Shown here: positions 14,170 to 27,365 of the stretch, piece after piece | Position numbering within the stretch: the first letter of the stretch is position 1 | Layout of the letters: every line of letters begins with the position of its first letter | Translations under genes and position numbers: made by a program | Assembly (NCBI RefSeq): GCF_009914755.1 | Contig: NC_060936.1 | Direction: 5' to 3' (one strand) | DNA from: the human T2T-CHM13v2.0 reference genome, Homo sapiens | Length of the DNA: 64,000 bases | The notes under the pieces: generated by a model | The model's database searches: none | Told to the model about the DNA's origin: nothing | Seen by the model: only the letters and a program-made list of their open reading frames with translations

Positions 14170-14770
14170 TTTCCGCTTCATGACAGTGATAGCTCTCAGT
14201 ATTGACTGGACTGGAGGTCGCTCTGTGCCGAGGAGAATGTCAAGCCTGTTAGATCATAAAAACCAGCATTGCTGTCAGTGTGAGCTTAGCTGGTGGCCCC
14301 TCCTTTCCCCGCCTTCCCTGCCACAGGGAACTCAAGCCGGTTTGGAGTTAGGGAGCAAGTTGATCCGTGTAAATAATGCAAAGGATTATGAATATGAATA
14401 GGGGACTCGTTCTGTTCTGAGGAAGTCAGCTTCCTGGGCTGCGTCTCTCATCTTGTTTATTAACATGCTGTCCCCACTCAGATGCCTTGTTTCGAAACAG
14501 CGTGCCGGTGTTATGATTGTGATTACTATTATTATTTGTGCAGTGGCATTTGGAAGCCCTTATTAAGTGATTCCCGTTTGCTTCGGCATGAATGCACAAC
14601 ATGCGAGACTTCAGGACAAGTTCAGCGTCTCCAGCACACACAGTGCCATTTAAAGAGGAAGCCCTGGTTCCAGTGTTGGCTTCAGAGAACAAACAAATAC
14701 TGATTTTTCCATTTCGGGCTCTTTTGTGAAGTGCTTTGATTCTTAAATCGGAGCCGGCTTTCAGGCACCT
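14170..14770. promoter_or_regulatory. Candidate enhancer
   Basis: Repeat-free, CpG-retaining; TCATAAAA, CTGTCA, TGTAAATA, GGATTA, TAAGTG and CTTTGAT motifs. Confidence 0.35.
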
Positions 14771-15559
14771 ATCTTCTCACCCTTTGTTCCTGTGGACAGA
14801 AGTGATGGATTTTGCAGTCTGGAGGCATCTGTCATTTTGAATCCATCTGCTTGTTAGGCACTTCCAGTGTCTCTGATGTGACACCATTTGGGGTTTCAGC
14901 ATTTCATCACATTTCCCACCGGGAGAGCCTGGGGTTTGTGGGGGAGGTGGTGGGGGTAGGGGCACAGTCAGGATTTTCCACTTAAGTTATTACTATTTAA
15001 GGCTTGGGATAGTATTTTTAGAAGACATTAAATCAAATAAAAGGAATCTGAGAGGGGACCCTCCCCTATGCAGGAATATTTCTTCTGTGTGCTGTTTGGT
15101 TGCTTCCAGTAATGACGCACTCACTACCTATAAGGTAACCCATTCCATCAAAGTTCACATCTGACTGTTACGCCTTATTTTCTCCTTTCTTTGTGTCCAT
15201 AATCACCCACCCCTTTGAACTTCTGGAGTTGTTCAGAACAATCCTAAAAGGCTTCTTACTTGTATGAGACACAAATATCACATCCCATCTTCAGGCTGAA
15301 AAAGCTCCATTCTGTCTGCTTTTAGTTTGATGGCAACTTGCATGGGACAGTTTCGTATAACAGGCTCTATCTAGTTTAAAACCTCATAGGAGACAGGTTC
15401 TGGGGGATCTTTGGAGGTTCTCCTAAGATTCTGCCTATTCACAGATGATGCGACATGAACCCATCTTTGATGCCCCTGCCAGGCCACTCCCGTCTGTACC
15501 CTGTTGAAAGGCATTCCTCGATGATTCTTCAGGCTTGATGTCCATGTTTCCATCCCAGC

Positions 15560-15987
15560 GATCATATTTGGTTTAGGGGTGGCTGACATATCTTGGCCCC
15601 AGGGAGACAAGTGACCAATCAGAGATAACATCCTGGCCAATCAGAGCACAGCCTTCCTATTGGCCAATCAGAACATGGCCCCCTGGCTAATCAGAGCACA
15701 GCAGCCCCCTGACCAATTAGAGAACGGCATCCCCCTGGCCAATCAGAGCATAGCATTTCCCCTAGCCGATGTCACCGGCCCTGGGATAGGCCTGACCTAT
15801 TAGACCTCATTTCAGAACTTTTACTGGGACAGTGTGGGAACGTGCCGCCCCCACCTCCAGATGGCACGAAGTAGGGACTACTCCTTGCTGTCTCTTTTTT
15901 TTATTTTCCAGCCAATTAACTCACTTTTCACTTAAGCTAGTTTGAGTTGGTTTTCTGTGATTTGCAGCTAAAAGATACCTTGAGACA
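15560..15987 (+). mobile_element. LTR33-like ERVL LTR remnant
   Basis: 'ccaatcagagca..cccctggcc' motif; 3' end 'cttaagctagtttgagttggttttctgtgatttgcagctaaaaga'. Confidence 0.55.
15611..15770 (+). repeat. Degenerate 22-27 bp minisatellite of CCAAT boxes, about 7 units
   Basis: CCAAT at 15615, 15637, 15664, 15713, 15739; CTAAT at 15687; CCGAT at 15766; ATTGG at 15659. Confidence 0.9.
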
Positions 15988-17213
15988 CTTCCTGCTTTGG
16001 GGACGCATCCTTCAGTGTGGCTTTGGATTAGCGCATGTGTTCTATGCAGCCAGGCAGCATGGCAGAAGACTTTACATAAAATCACAGCCACCATGATTTT
16101 TATTCCCAGAAGCAGATCTTGGAGGTGGTGACCAGGAAAGAGAGTCTGAAAAGAGGCTGTAACTGTCACCTGCAGGCATTTTGATACCCACAGCTTGTAG
16201 TTTAAAGCGACGGCTCTGCAATTCTGAGGTTCCCTGATCTTGTCTTTCTTCAGGAGGAAAAATTAGGAGCTAGCAGGAGATATAGTCAAGAAAAGAGAAC
16301 CTCAGAAACACCGGAAAAAGCATCTTTATGAGTGTAAACCATATTAATTCAATCTATCCTTATTTAAATATCTTAAAGCTCACAACAGGCTTTTCTCAGA
16401 GGAGAAAAAGAAAATGAAATCTCCATATGGAGACTTGAGTTATTGTAATATTTTAGATAGGTTACCAGGGGGCATCAATGATTGCATTGCCATTGGTTTT
16501 TTACTACACTAACTTTATTACCTTTATCTGGATTTATATAGCGTTTGATAGAGTTTATATCGCTAGATGTGTAGAAAACCATCTGAATGTGCCTATAGCG
16601 TTGTGTCTGAGTGTGCCCCATGGAAGGCTAATAAATTATAAAGTAATCTATCTGTTCCACTTAAAGGCAGAAGTGTAGTTGATTCTGGCTGCTTTATTTA
16701 TGTGTTGGCTTATGCTTTAGGCTAGCATTTTTTGTGGGAAGGAGACTGGGTCAGGGGAGTGGGGTATGGGGAGCATGTGAGGATGTCTGCCCAGTTGTAG
16801 TCGATTTTGGGCCTGCACCACAGTTCCCCTTCTCCCTCTGCCCACTGTGGCTGCTTTTTCCCCTTCTGCAGGTGCTGGTCTGAGGGTCCGCACCAACATG
16901 TCCTGCTGTCATCTCCATCAGTCTTCTTCCTGGGGAACCCAACCTGTGACACCTTCCTCTTATTAACCACCTGCCAGTCACCCAGACTGGTAACCCCTGG
17001 TTTAGGGCAAAGGTCAGGTCTAGGTGCCACTGAGCCCCTTATGAGCATGTGACCTCCAGGTGGAGTGGGGGAGGGCTTCACATACCTCTCTGGACTTGTG
17101 TTTCTCATGGTGACTTGGGATCGGTAAGACTTGTGCTAATTTTTCTGATCCTTGGACCACAGGACCTGAAACAATCTTTCAGACAAGTGACAGCTCAGAG
17201 GCTTAAATTAGCT

Positions 17214-17398
17214 CAGTGATTCTCACCCTTGAGTGAGCATAAGATCACCTGGAGGATTTGTTAAATGGCATCTGCTGGGCTCCATCCCAGAGTTTCTGAT
17301 CGGTAGACCTGTGGTGGGGCCCGAGGATTTGCATTTCTAGCAGGTTCCCAGACGCTGCAGGTGCTGCCGGGTCGAGAACCACGCTCTGAGAACCACCG
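17214..17398. mobile_element. MER5A
   Basis: 'cagtgattctca..atcacctggagg..ttgttaaa..cccagagtttctgat..gcatttctagcagg..ctgagaaccac'. Confidence 0.85.
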
Positions 17399-20300
17399 AG
17401 TGAAACAAAAGGAAAATTCTCACAAGGGCAGGAGCTGTTAGGTCTTTCTTTGAACCACATTGCCGAGGAATTATCTAGAAAGTTGATCTATTAGTAGTGA
17501 TTAGTTTGCGGTGGGACATAGAATCCTCTCCCACAAAACCATCAGCCAGATGCCACAGTGGGTTAACTTTACTATGAGATGGCGATGAAGATGGAGATGA
17601 TGTAATCATCACTGTGTCATCCAGACTTGCTTTTACAAACGCAGCTGTCTCTGACAGGGGTTCTGCATCACTGAAATTCATACCAAGATGGTAATTACTG
17701 GCAATGTCAGGCAGGTCTTGAAGCAATTTGACAGTTGTCATCAAGCTATCATCAAGCACTGGGTGACTGATTAGATGAAGGGATCTGTAAGACCCTTTCA
17801 GAGCTCGTGGTCTGACAATGGGAAGGGTGGGACAAGTATCCTTAATCTCATGTCACAGTTAGAAGAAACAGGTTCAGAGAGTCCCCCATCGGGCCACACA
17901 GCTCATAAGAAACTCAGTGGGACCTAGACATCACCTTTGCCCTGAATTAGTGGTTACCAGTCTGGGGGACAGGCCAGTGGTTACAAGGCTGAGTTCCCAG
18001 GAGGAAGACTCTGAGGCGGAGGCCAGAGTGCAGGGCGTTTTATTGGGAGAATCCCCCATTAAGCAGACATGCCTGTGTTTTTACACCCCTGACTGAGTCA
18101 GTTGGCTCTGCGTCACCCTGGGCACGGGCAGGTCAGCTGACAGCTAAGGCCACCCACAGCAGCGTCACAGCAGCTGGGCAAAAAGGCCCACATTGTGGGG
18201 GGATCTGGGCGGCACACCCCAGTGCCCAGCACAGCAGGTGGGAAAATGTGAGTGCTGCAGACAAGGTCCCTGGTGAGCTCCTCGTGGTATTTCAGAAGCC
18301 TGTGCAAAACTGGCTCATTTACCTGCAATAAGTCCCCATTGCATAAAGAAAATGTCAAGTCACTTTGCTCTTGGCAGAAAGAGTTACCTTGCTGTTCCAT
18401 CTTGCACATATCAGGCCTTCTCCAGATTCTTTGACGCCCTCGTGTCTGTGGTCCTCTTGCCTTTGGGACCCTCGTCCTGGCCCTGCTGACCTTTCACCCT
18501 CATCGTGTCCCCTTCCCCTCTTGCTCACACTGCCCCCAGTCCAGGATCCTGCGCAGTCTCCAGCATGGAAACTTCGCTCAGGCTTATCACCAATTCCATC
18601 CAATCTTTTGTCTAAGCACAGGAGCACTTAGTGTGCTCCAAGAGGTGCAGGCTTTTGAAACTCAAAAATTGAGCATCCCCTTTGCTTTCCTTGGCTCTCT
18701 CTGGGTTCCCCCTTCCCTGAAGCAGTGAGCCCAGAAGACCCAGTGGACTGAGTAGGAGGGGGCTGCAAGTGAGAAAGAATCACAGAGCTCAGCAAGCACA
18801 GCGATTTATGTTTCAAAAATATCCCATCCACACTCAGGAGCCTGCAGGCCCCTGCCCACGGTCTGCTGGGTAAAAGGAAGTGGCTGTCCCCATCTTTACC
18901 TCCTGGAAATCTGAGTCTTCCTTTATTCCCTTAAAAAGCCCAGCACACTGTGCACACAACTGCCAAGGTGACCTTTCAGCATTTCCTCTGCTTCAGTGCC
19001 CTGTTCTCCTTATTTGATTTTGTTGTTACATTTAATGAGGTTTCTCTAAAAAGAAGAGATCATTTCCGACTATTGCTAATTTAACAATAAGTGGAAAAGC
19101 AGTGCTCAGGAGTGAGTGGCATCCCCTTTGATTTCTTCAGTAGGACATCATCCTTCAATAGGGCAGAGGTGTCTTCCTGGGCTGGCCTGAGAGATTAAGG
19201 ATTTAATGGCATGGAGAAGGGATTTGCTTCTCCATACATGGTGCATTTAGCTCAGAAAGTGAGATGATTTTTGAAAATATCAAAAACTATCATTAATTTG
19301 GGCTGAACCAGCCAGTTTTAAACATTCAATATTAAATACCATGAAATAGCATTTTAGAAAAAAGAACTGGATGGAAATGTATTTTGCGTCTTGAGATTTT
19401 TCTTCAAGGATGGGGCTTAAGATGGAGTCATACTTAGGTTCAGCTATATGAGCCTTTAAACCAGGGATTGCAAACTGAAATACCTGCAGGGCTCACACAG
19501 GAAATGTATGAGAGGGAAGAAGTCTGGGTTTAAGAAATTCGCTGCTCTCTGCCTATCTTTGAACTCTTTTGATAGGCACTTGATTATAAAGAAACCTTTC
19601 TCTACCATAAGAAAAATAGCATTATAAACTCAACGAGGCAACTGATACCCAGGCTCGGGGCTGCTGAGACAATAGGGAATGGTGTGGACTCTGGCAAACT
19701 GGAGACCATGTTCCCCAGATGAAGGGGACAGTGGTAACTCAGTTCTAGTTTATTGGTTCTGTTTGGGAGTAACGAGCCCAGTGTTGCCAGAGCTGATTTT
19801 CCTAGAAAGGCCATTCGTTTGGATTTTCATGTGAAATTTCCCAAGTTTATAACGTTAATAATCATAATTTTAAAAATATCGGGTGGTCAAAACAAAGCAA
19901 AAGAACAATACAGCACTTTAGAACACAGTTAGGTGCCACATCTGGCCTGAAGGCCTTTATGCATGATCTGAAGTTATCTAGAATTTGGGAGCTGGAAGGA
20001 TTTCTAGGGTGCACCAATTTCAACCTCCCACCTAACTGGGGAGAGTTGTATGTGAAGCCTTCTTACAAAGAGGTGGTCTTCCTCTAGTATACACTGACAC
20101 TGGTGCACCCACTACCTAACGTGATGGGATTGCCACTGTTTCCCAGCAAGAGTTGTAAGAAATTCTCTTGGGTGATAAATAATGACAACCAAGACAAGCC
20201 AAAAAGAAGCTCAGGGCAGAATGCAGCTAGTGGGCCTCAGGAAGGGCCCGGAGGAGGCAATGGGAAGCCACCAGAATTCCCCTTTCCTGGGCTTTGCTTC

Positions 20301-21388
20301 CCTCTGCAACTTGCTTTCCCTCTCCCTTCTCTCTAGTGAGTGCCTTTCTCCAGGCCTCCGGTTCCCACGGTGGCATGTGGTGGCCTCACAGCTTCTTCCG
20401 TTAGGCGTGTCTGTTCCAGCCTCCCACGGAGGCCTGCACTCGCTGTCTCTGGTTCTCATTTCCAAGGGTCCAGGAGAGAGAATCTGATTGGCTCACCTAC
20501 AAGCAGGTGTCGTGCGCTGGTCCAATCAGCTATGGCCAGGGGGTGAGATCACACAGAACAAAGATGGCTTCTGAACAAACCTGGCCAACTCCACGGGTGG
20601 GAAATGTCATGTGACTCCCACAGTTCACCCGGAACCCCTAGAAGGTGTCCCTGTGATTCTGTTGCATGGACTTTTGTCTCAGAGAAGTCTTCTGCTGTGG
20701 CTCCTAATCCTGCCTCCCACAGAACCACACAGACAAGCCCAGGGTCCCTGCCCCATGACCAAGGATGACTGTCTCCCCTGAGGGTGGATCTTCTGGCTCA
20801 GTACCCACAGTTCCTCCCCGTTTCCCAGCTGATTAGGTTCCAGAGTCACTCTCCGGTCTGTGCACTCGCTGGGGAAAAGCTCAAATTGGTCAACATTTTC
20901 TTGAAACAGGGTACCTGACCTCATCCCAGCCCTCTGGGACAGTTGTAAAAGTAGTGGCATTTCTAAGAACTCAAAGGGGTTAACTGTAAGACGAAAACAA
21001 CTTTAAAAAATCTGTTTGCTCTGTGTCTGGAGCCCCGTGGAGCCGGGAGGGAATAGCCTTCCTCCTCGAGAGATGCTGAGATGGGAATGTGAGCTGTCTT
21101 GTTGTAAGAAATTCATCTGTCACTGCAAAGGAGCTTGGCAGAGGAAATGACCCCCTCGTGGAGGCTGCCTCTGACCCCCTCCTCCCCACACAGAATTAAA
21201 CCCTCTCATCTCTGCATTTTCTCAGCACTTTATCCACCTTGTCATGAGAGCTGGGTCCCTGAGTGTTGCCGTTGGTTCATATTTATGGAAGCTTCACCAT
21301 GTGCCAGGCACTGCGTTAAGTCCATTAATGAGGACTAGCCAGTTATTCGTCTGTGCAAAATCTGCTAATGAAACAGTAATAATAATAA

Positions 21389-21759
<371 letters not shown>

Positions 21760-21990
21760 CATCCCTTCATTTTTTATCCTCATAATAACCCCATGAGGCT
21801 GTATTGTTATTATCCCTATTCCAGAGCCCAAGAAAGTTACAATAATATGCTCAAGGTCACCCGGCTAAGAAGCAGAGGGTCAGGTTCTGAACCTGGGTCT
21901 GACTTTGGCATTTGCAGGGGGCATCACTCTCTTGAACAATGTTGTGTTTGTCTTTGTTTCTGTGGAGCTTGGCTTTTGCAGAGAGCTTGA

Positions 21991-22324
<334 letters not shown>

Positions 22325-22530
22325 GAGCAAAACTAACTTTGAGAAGAAGAGCAAAACCAAAAAATTGTAGACAAGACCTGGCGGCATCCTGATCAGGAGA
22401 ACTTAAGAAAGGAGCTTGGGCGAGGTTCTGTTTGCCTTCATCAGCCCCCTTAGACTGCAGACTTCAGGAAGCAGCAGCAGATGTTTCCTTGAGGTTTTGC
22501 TTGTAAGTTGGTTAGTTTTCTGTCCATTAA

Positions 22531-23010
<480 letters not shown>

Positions 23011-23252
23011 GCCTCTTCCTACTTTAAACGATGGGGACTGTGACGAGGAGGTTGACAGGAAGCTCTCCTCCTCTTTGATTTGATGATATGCGTGGAAATG
23101 CGGGGAGCAGCTGAGGGAGGGTGTTGCTTTGCATTTCAGTGGGGGTTGCCGAAATCCACGTGATGTGCCCTTGCCTTTGCCACCCTCCATCCCTAGCTCA
23201 GAACCAAGGTAGGGGCTTGCGGGGAGGAGAGGGTGGCAGCTTGCGGAGCAAA

Positions 23253-23358
23253 TTCTCTCTCTTCTCTCTCCTCTCTCTCTCCTCCTCTCTCTCTCTTTCT
23301 CTTTCTTTCTTTCTCTCTCTCTCTCTCACCCCCCCTCCTCTCTTCTCTCTCTTTCTCT
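23253..23358. repeat. CT-rich polypyrimidine tract
   Basis: About 105 bp, almost purely C/T. Confidence 0.95.
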
Positions 23359-24468
23359 GTATGTGGGCGCGAGGGGGTGGGGGTTGTAGAGCCACAGTTG
23401 CCCACGGGGGCGGCATGGCTGTGCTGTAGGCTTTAGGCAATTATCAGTTCTGTCTTTGATTCTGTTCAAGGTGACTGTCAAAAATCCGCAGACTTTCCTA
23501 ATGAAATGGAAAAGTGTGCAAATGTATCCTGCTGCATACAGATGCCTTTTCGTCTCCTAAAAATTGCTCCCTTGGGTTCAGCTCCACCATATTAAAGGAT
23601 CTTTTCTTGTTCAACAATTAGTACAGTCCACCTAGCGCACCTGCTTGAGCCTGGTCCTTGGAGAGTGCCGGGCAGGGACTGGGGATCTTGGAGCGAGGTC
23701 TCTGCCCTTTTCCTTCCTCTCTTAAAATTTTATTTATTTATTTATTTTGATCTCACAGGGGCAGTTGGAATACAGGTGAAATGAGATGTTCTCGAGAGTG
23801 GATGTGTCTGAGGGAAAACGACATCTTTCAACAAGTAGAGATGAAAGATGGCTCTGGAAGGACATGTTCTGGTTGAAGCTGTCACAGCGACTGATTGTGG
23901 GTTTAATGAAACTGGTATCTGATGCTGAGAAACAATTAGTAAATTCACCTGGGCCCTGTTTTATGCTTCTGTTGTCAACCCTAATCACTGAGTTTTAAGT
24001 CATCTGGTTTTGTGTGTCGCTTTTTTTTTAATTTTAAAAAGAAAAACATTTGAATTTCTCATCTCTTGGATTTCACAGAAGCGATTCTGGGTCAGTCAGT
24101 GCGTTCATGTCCTGGCCCCTGTCATCAAACGCTGAAGATCTTGCTGCAGCTGAAAATGATTAGCTTCTGCTGGAAAGAGACAGAGGCCAGCTTCAGGAAT
24201 CCGCTGCACTTTCTTCTCTGACAGCCGTGCTGGAAAACAGGGAGGTGTTTGGAAATTGCAATACAGTCTCTAAAAAAGGGAGTGGGCCACATCACAGGAT
24301 TCATATATTTTTAATACAGCCTCGCTGAGGGCAACTTAAGAACATCAGCTGTGCTGCGAGGAAGGTCAGTCATGGAGGGGTGGTCAGGGGAGCCGGTAAA
24401 CTTGCTTTCAGGTCTGTTGGTGCTTGCGTTGGAAGGCAAAACTTTAACTTGGAGCTGAGATTTGCAAA

Positions 24469-24660
24469 GTAGGGTCTTTGGGTCAAATCCGGTCCCCAGC
24501 ATGTTTGTTGTAAATTAAGTTTTATTGGAACACAGCCACACCCATCATTTACATATTATCTGCAGCTGTTTTTGGAGCTACAAAAGCAGAGATGAATAGA
24601 CGTGACCTGCAAAGCCTGAAATATTCGCCATCTGGCCCTTTACAGAAAACATTTGCCCAC
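24469..24660. mobile_element. MER58A
   Basis: 'ggtcaaatccgg..gttttattggaacacagccacaccca..tctggccctttacagaaaa'. Confidence 0.85.
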
Positions 24661-24698
24661 ACTTTCATTAGAGGGTTCCTCTGCTTTTTAAGTTTGTA

Positions 24699-24779
24699 TT
24701 AGGTTGGTGCAAAAAGTAATAGCAGCTTTTGCAATTACTTTCAGTTGCAAAAACCGCAATTACTTTTGCACCAACCTAA
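24699..24779. mobile_element. MADE1 (Hsmar1-derived MITE)
   Basis: TIRs 'ttaggttggtgcaaaa..' and '..ttttgcaccaacctaa' flanked by TA duplications. Confidence 0.95.
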
Positions 24780-25057
24780 TATTATAAAAGTGAGACGATG
24801 AGGCAACTAAATTGTGCAGTCAGTTCAGGGCTGTTGAGGACTGTCCATTGACCTGCGCTTCACCTCTTCTGGGTAACTTTTCTGTTCATCTAAGGGTGAG
24901 CAGTTGAGAGAACAGGGGGCTCTTTACACAGAGATTTCTGCTTCTCAGGAGCAATTCCAACAAGAAGCCTTTTCAGAGAGGAGTTGGAGATCCTTGTCTT
25001 CATGAGGCCTGGGATTTATTAGAAATTGCAGTTTTTGTAGGTAAAAAAGATGGTCAA

Positions 25058-25340
25058 GGCCAGCACGGTGGCTTATGCCTGTAATCCCAACACTTTGGGA
25101 GGCTGAGGCAGGAGGATTACTTGAGGCTAGGAGCTTGAGACCCACTGGGAAACATAGCAAGACTCCAACTCTCAGAAACAAAAAAATCTGGTGTGGGGAT
25201 GTTCGCCTATAGTCCCAGCTACTTGGGAGGTGAAGGTGGGAGGATCACTTGAGCCCAGGAGTTCAAGGCTGCTGGGAGCTATGATCATGCCACTGCACTT
25301 CAGGCCGGGCAACAGAGAAAGACCGTCTCTGAAAAAAAAA
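25058..25340 (+). mobile_element. AluJ
   Basis: Sense dimer with J-type right arm. Confidence 0.92.
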
Positions 25341-25583
25341 GTCAAGTAGCAATTTCACCTGGAGGCTCCCTGTTTCTACCGTTGGTCAGTGCAGGGAGAA
25401 TGAATGACCAAGCAGGCTTTTCTGCGTGCTGTTGAATCTCTGCTGTTGCTCCTCCAAACAGATTCTGCGTTTCTGGTTCTGGCTTCTGTCACCAGATGTG
25501 GCACTGGCTGAACCCTGTGCATGTGTGGGTGGTGTGCGGGAGCTGCTCTGTTGTCCAGGAGCTGGACCTCCTGTCTTGGATGG

Positions 25584-26058
25584 TGTGGTAGGCTGAATAA
25601 ACCTCCTTTCCACCAGGATGACCCCCATTCCTGGAGCCTGTGAATGTCACTTTATATGCCAAAAACTCTATAGATGTGATTATGTTAAGGATTTTGAGAT
25701 GGGGAGGTTATCCTGGATTTTTCTGGGTGGGCCCTAAATGTAGTCAAAGTGTTAGAGGTGGGCAGATAGAGATTTGACACAGACAGAAGAGAAGGTGATG
25801 TGGCCACAGAGGCAGAGACTGGGATGATGTGGCCACAAGCCAAGGAATGCCTGCAGCCATCAGCAGCTGGAGAGACAAGGAATGAATTCTTCCCTAGGGC
25901 CTCTGGGGGAGTGAGGCCCTGGCTACACCTTGAATTCAGCCCAGTGTTGCTGATTTTGAACTTCTGGCTTCCAGAACAAAGAGAGTAAATGTGTATTGTC
26001 TTAAGCCACCAAGTTCATTTCAGCACAATTTGTTACAGCAGCTATAAGACACTGATGC
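25584..26058 (+). mobile_element. MLT1C-like solo LTR
   Basis: 'tgtggtaggctgaataa', 'aggattttgagatggggaggttatcctggat', 'caagccaaggaatgcc'. Confidence 0.85.
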
Positions 26059-26243
26059 TATGGTTTTTAAACTGTGCAAGTTTTTGCCATTATTTCCCTC
26101 TATATTTGTTCAGGAAATATTTACAGGGAGCCTCTTGTGTGTAGGCACTGTTTAAGGGCTGTGTACAAAGCAGGCATGGTTCCTGCCTTGGAGAAGGCAG
26201 ACAAATGAGACGGTTTCATGAAGCAGTAAGTGCCGTGTTCCAG

Positions 26244-26770
26244 GTACTATTGCTGCATAAGAAATTACCCCAAACCTAGTGTCTTACAACCACCATTTTA
26301 TTATGTTCTCAGGTTCTATGAGTTGGGAATTTGGACAGAGTACAGTGGAGGTGACTTGTTTCTGCTCCACAATGTCTGGGCTTCAGCTGGGAAGGCTCTA
26401 TGCTGGTGGTGACTCAATAGCTAGGGGCAGGAAGCACCAATGACTTCCTCATTCATATGTCTGGCTCCTGGGCTGGGATGGCTTGAAGATTAGAGCTGCC
26501 AATCTGAGTATCTTCATGTGGTTCTGTGTGTGATTGGGTTTCCTTACAACATGTTGGCCTCCAGACTCCAAGTGCAAGGCAAGCTGCATGGCCTTTGAGG
26601 ATCCTGTCTCCAGAGTCACATAGCATCACTTGTATGGCACCCTGCTGGTCAAAGTCCTCATAAGCCCACCCAGATTGAATGGGAAGGGACATAGACCCCA
26701 CTTCTTGGTGGGAAGAATGACAAGATGACATTGTAGAAGAGCTTGTGGCATGGGACGCGGTATGCTGCTA
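26244..26770 (-). mobile_element. Older MLT1 (H/I/J-like) LTR
   Basis: 'ctattgctgcataagaaattaccccaaacctagtg', 'ggagggacatagaccccacttctt'. Confidence 0.7.
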
Positions 26771-27164
26771 TCTTTAAAAAATGCAATGTGCCACATGCAG
26801 AAAAATGATAAAACAGGATAACGGGATCAGGAGTGACTGGGATGTGGGGGCTGTTGTAGATTGGATGATCAGCAAAGGCCTCTCTGCAAGGTGTCATTTA
26901 ATCTGAATACTGAATGCGGAGAAGGAGCCATCCTTGGAAAGATCCAGAGAAAGAGTGATCCAGGCAGCGGAGAGGCATTGTATCCTTAGTAGACATACGA
27001 TACGGCATTGAGCAGTCAGCAACAACACCATGGCCAGTTGGGATGGACGTCAGCTGTGAACTGTGAGGATGACTGTGCCAGTGATGTTCCAAGAAGAGGG
27101 AAAAAAATGAGGGAAAAGTCTCTGGGTGGGAATGAGTTTAGCTTTCCCAGTCAACCTATCTTAT

Positions 27165-27365
27165 CACCCCATCACCCTGTTTTATTATCTCTTCTGCATG
27201 TAGTTGCTTTCTGAAATTATTTGTCTACTTCTTGATGCTTTGTCTCCCCCACTAGATTAAAATCCTATGAGAACAGGAACTTTGTCTTGAAAACCAGCAT
27301 TCTCAGTGTGTAACAGGATGCCCGGCATCTATAGGCATCCGATAAAATTCGTTGAATGAATGACT
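27165..27365 (+). mobile_element. L2 3' end
   Basis: 'tgtctcccccactaga..tgagaacaggaactttgtct..gttgaatgaatga'. Confidence 0.75.

Noticed and set aside
15611-15770. Repeat-spacer pattern resembling a CRISPR array
   Set aside because: Eukaryotic context; units are degenerate tandem copies with related, not unique, spacers; no cas genes.
23759-23775. Possible micro-exon after 'ttttgatctcacag'
   Set aside because: Weak donor (CAG|GTGAAA), 17 nt, not frame-preserving.
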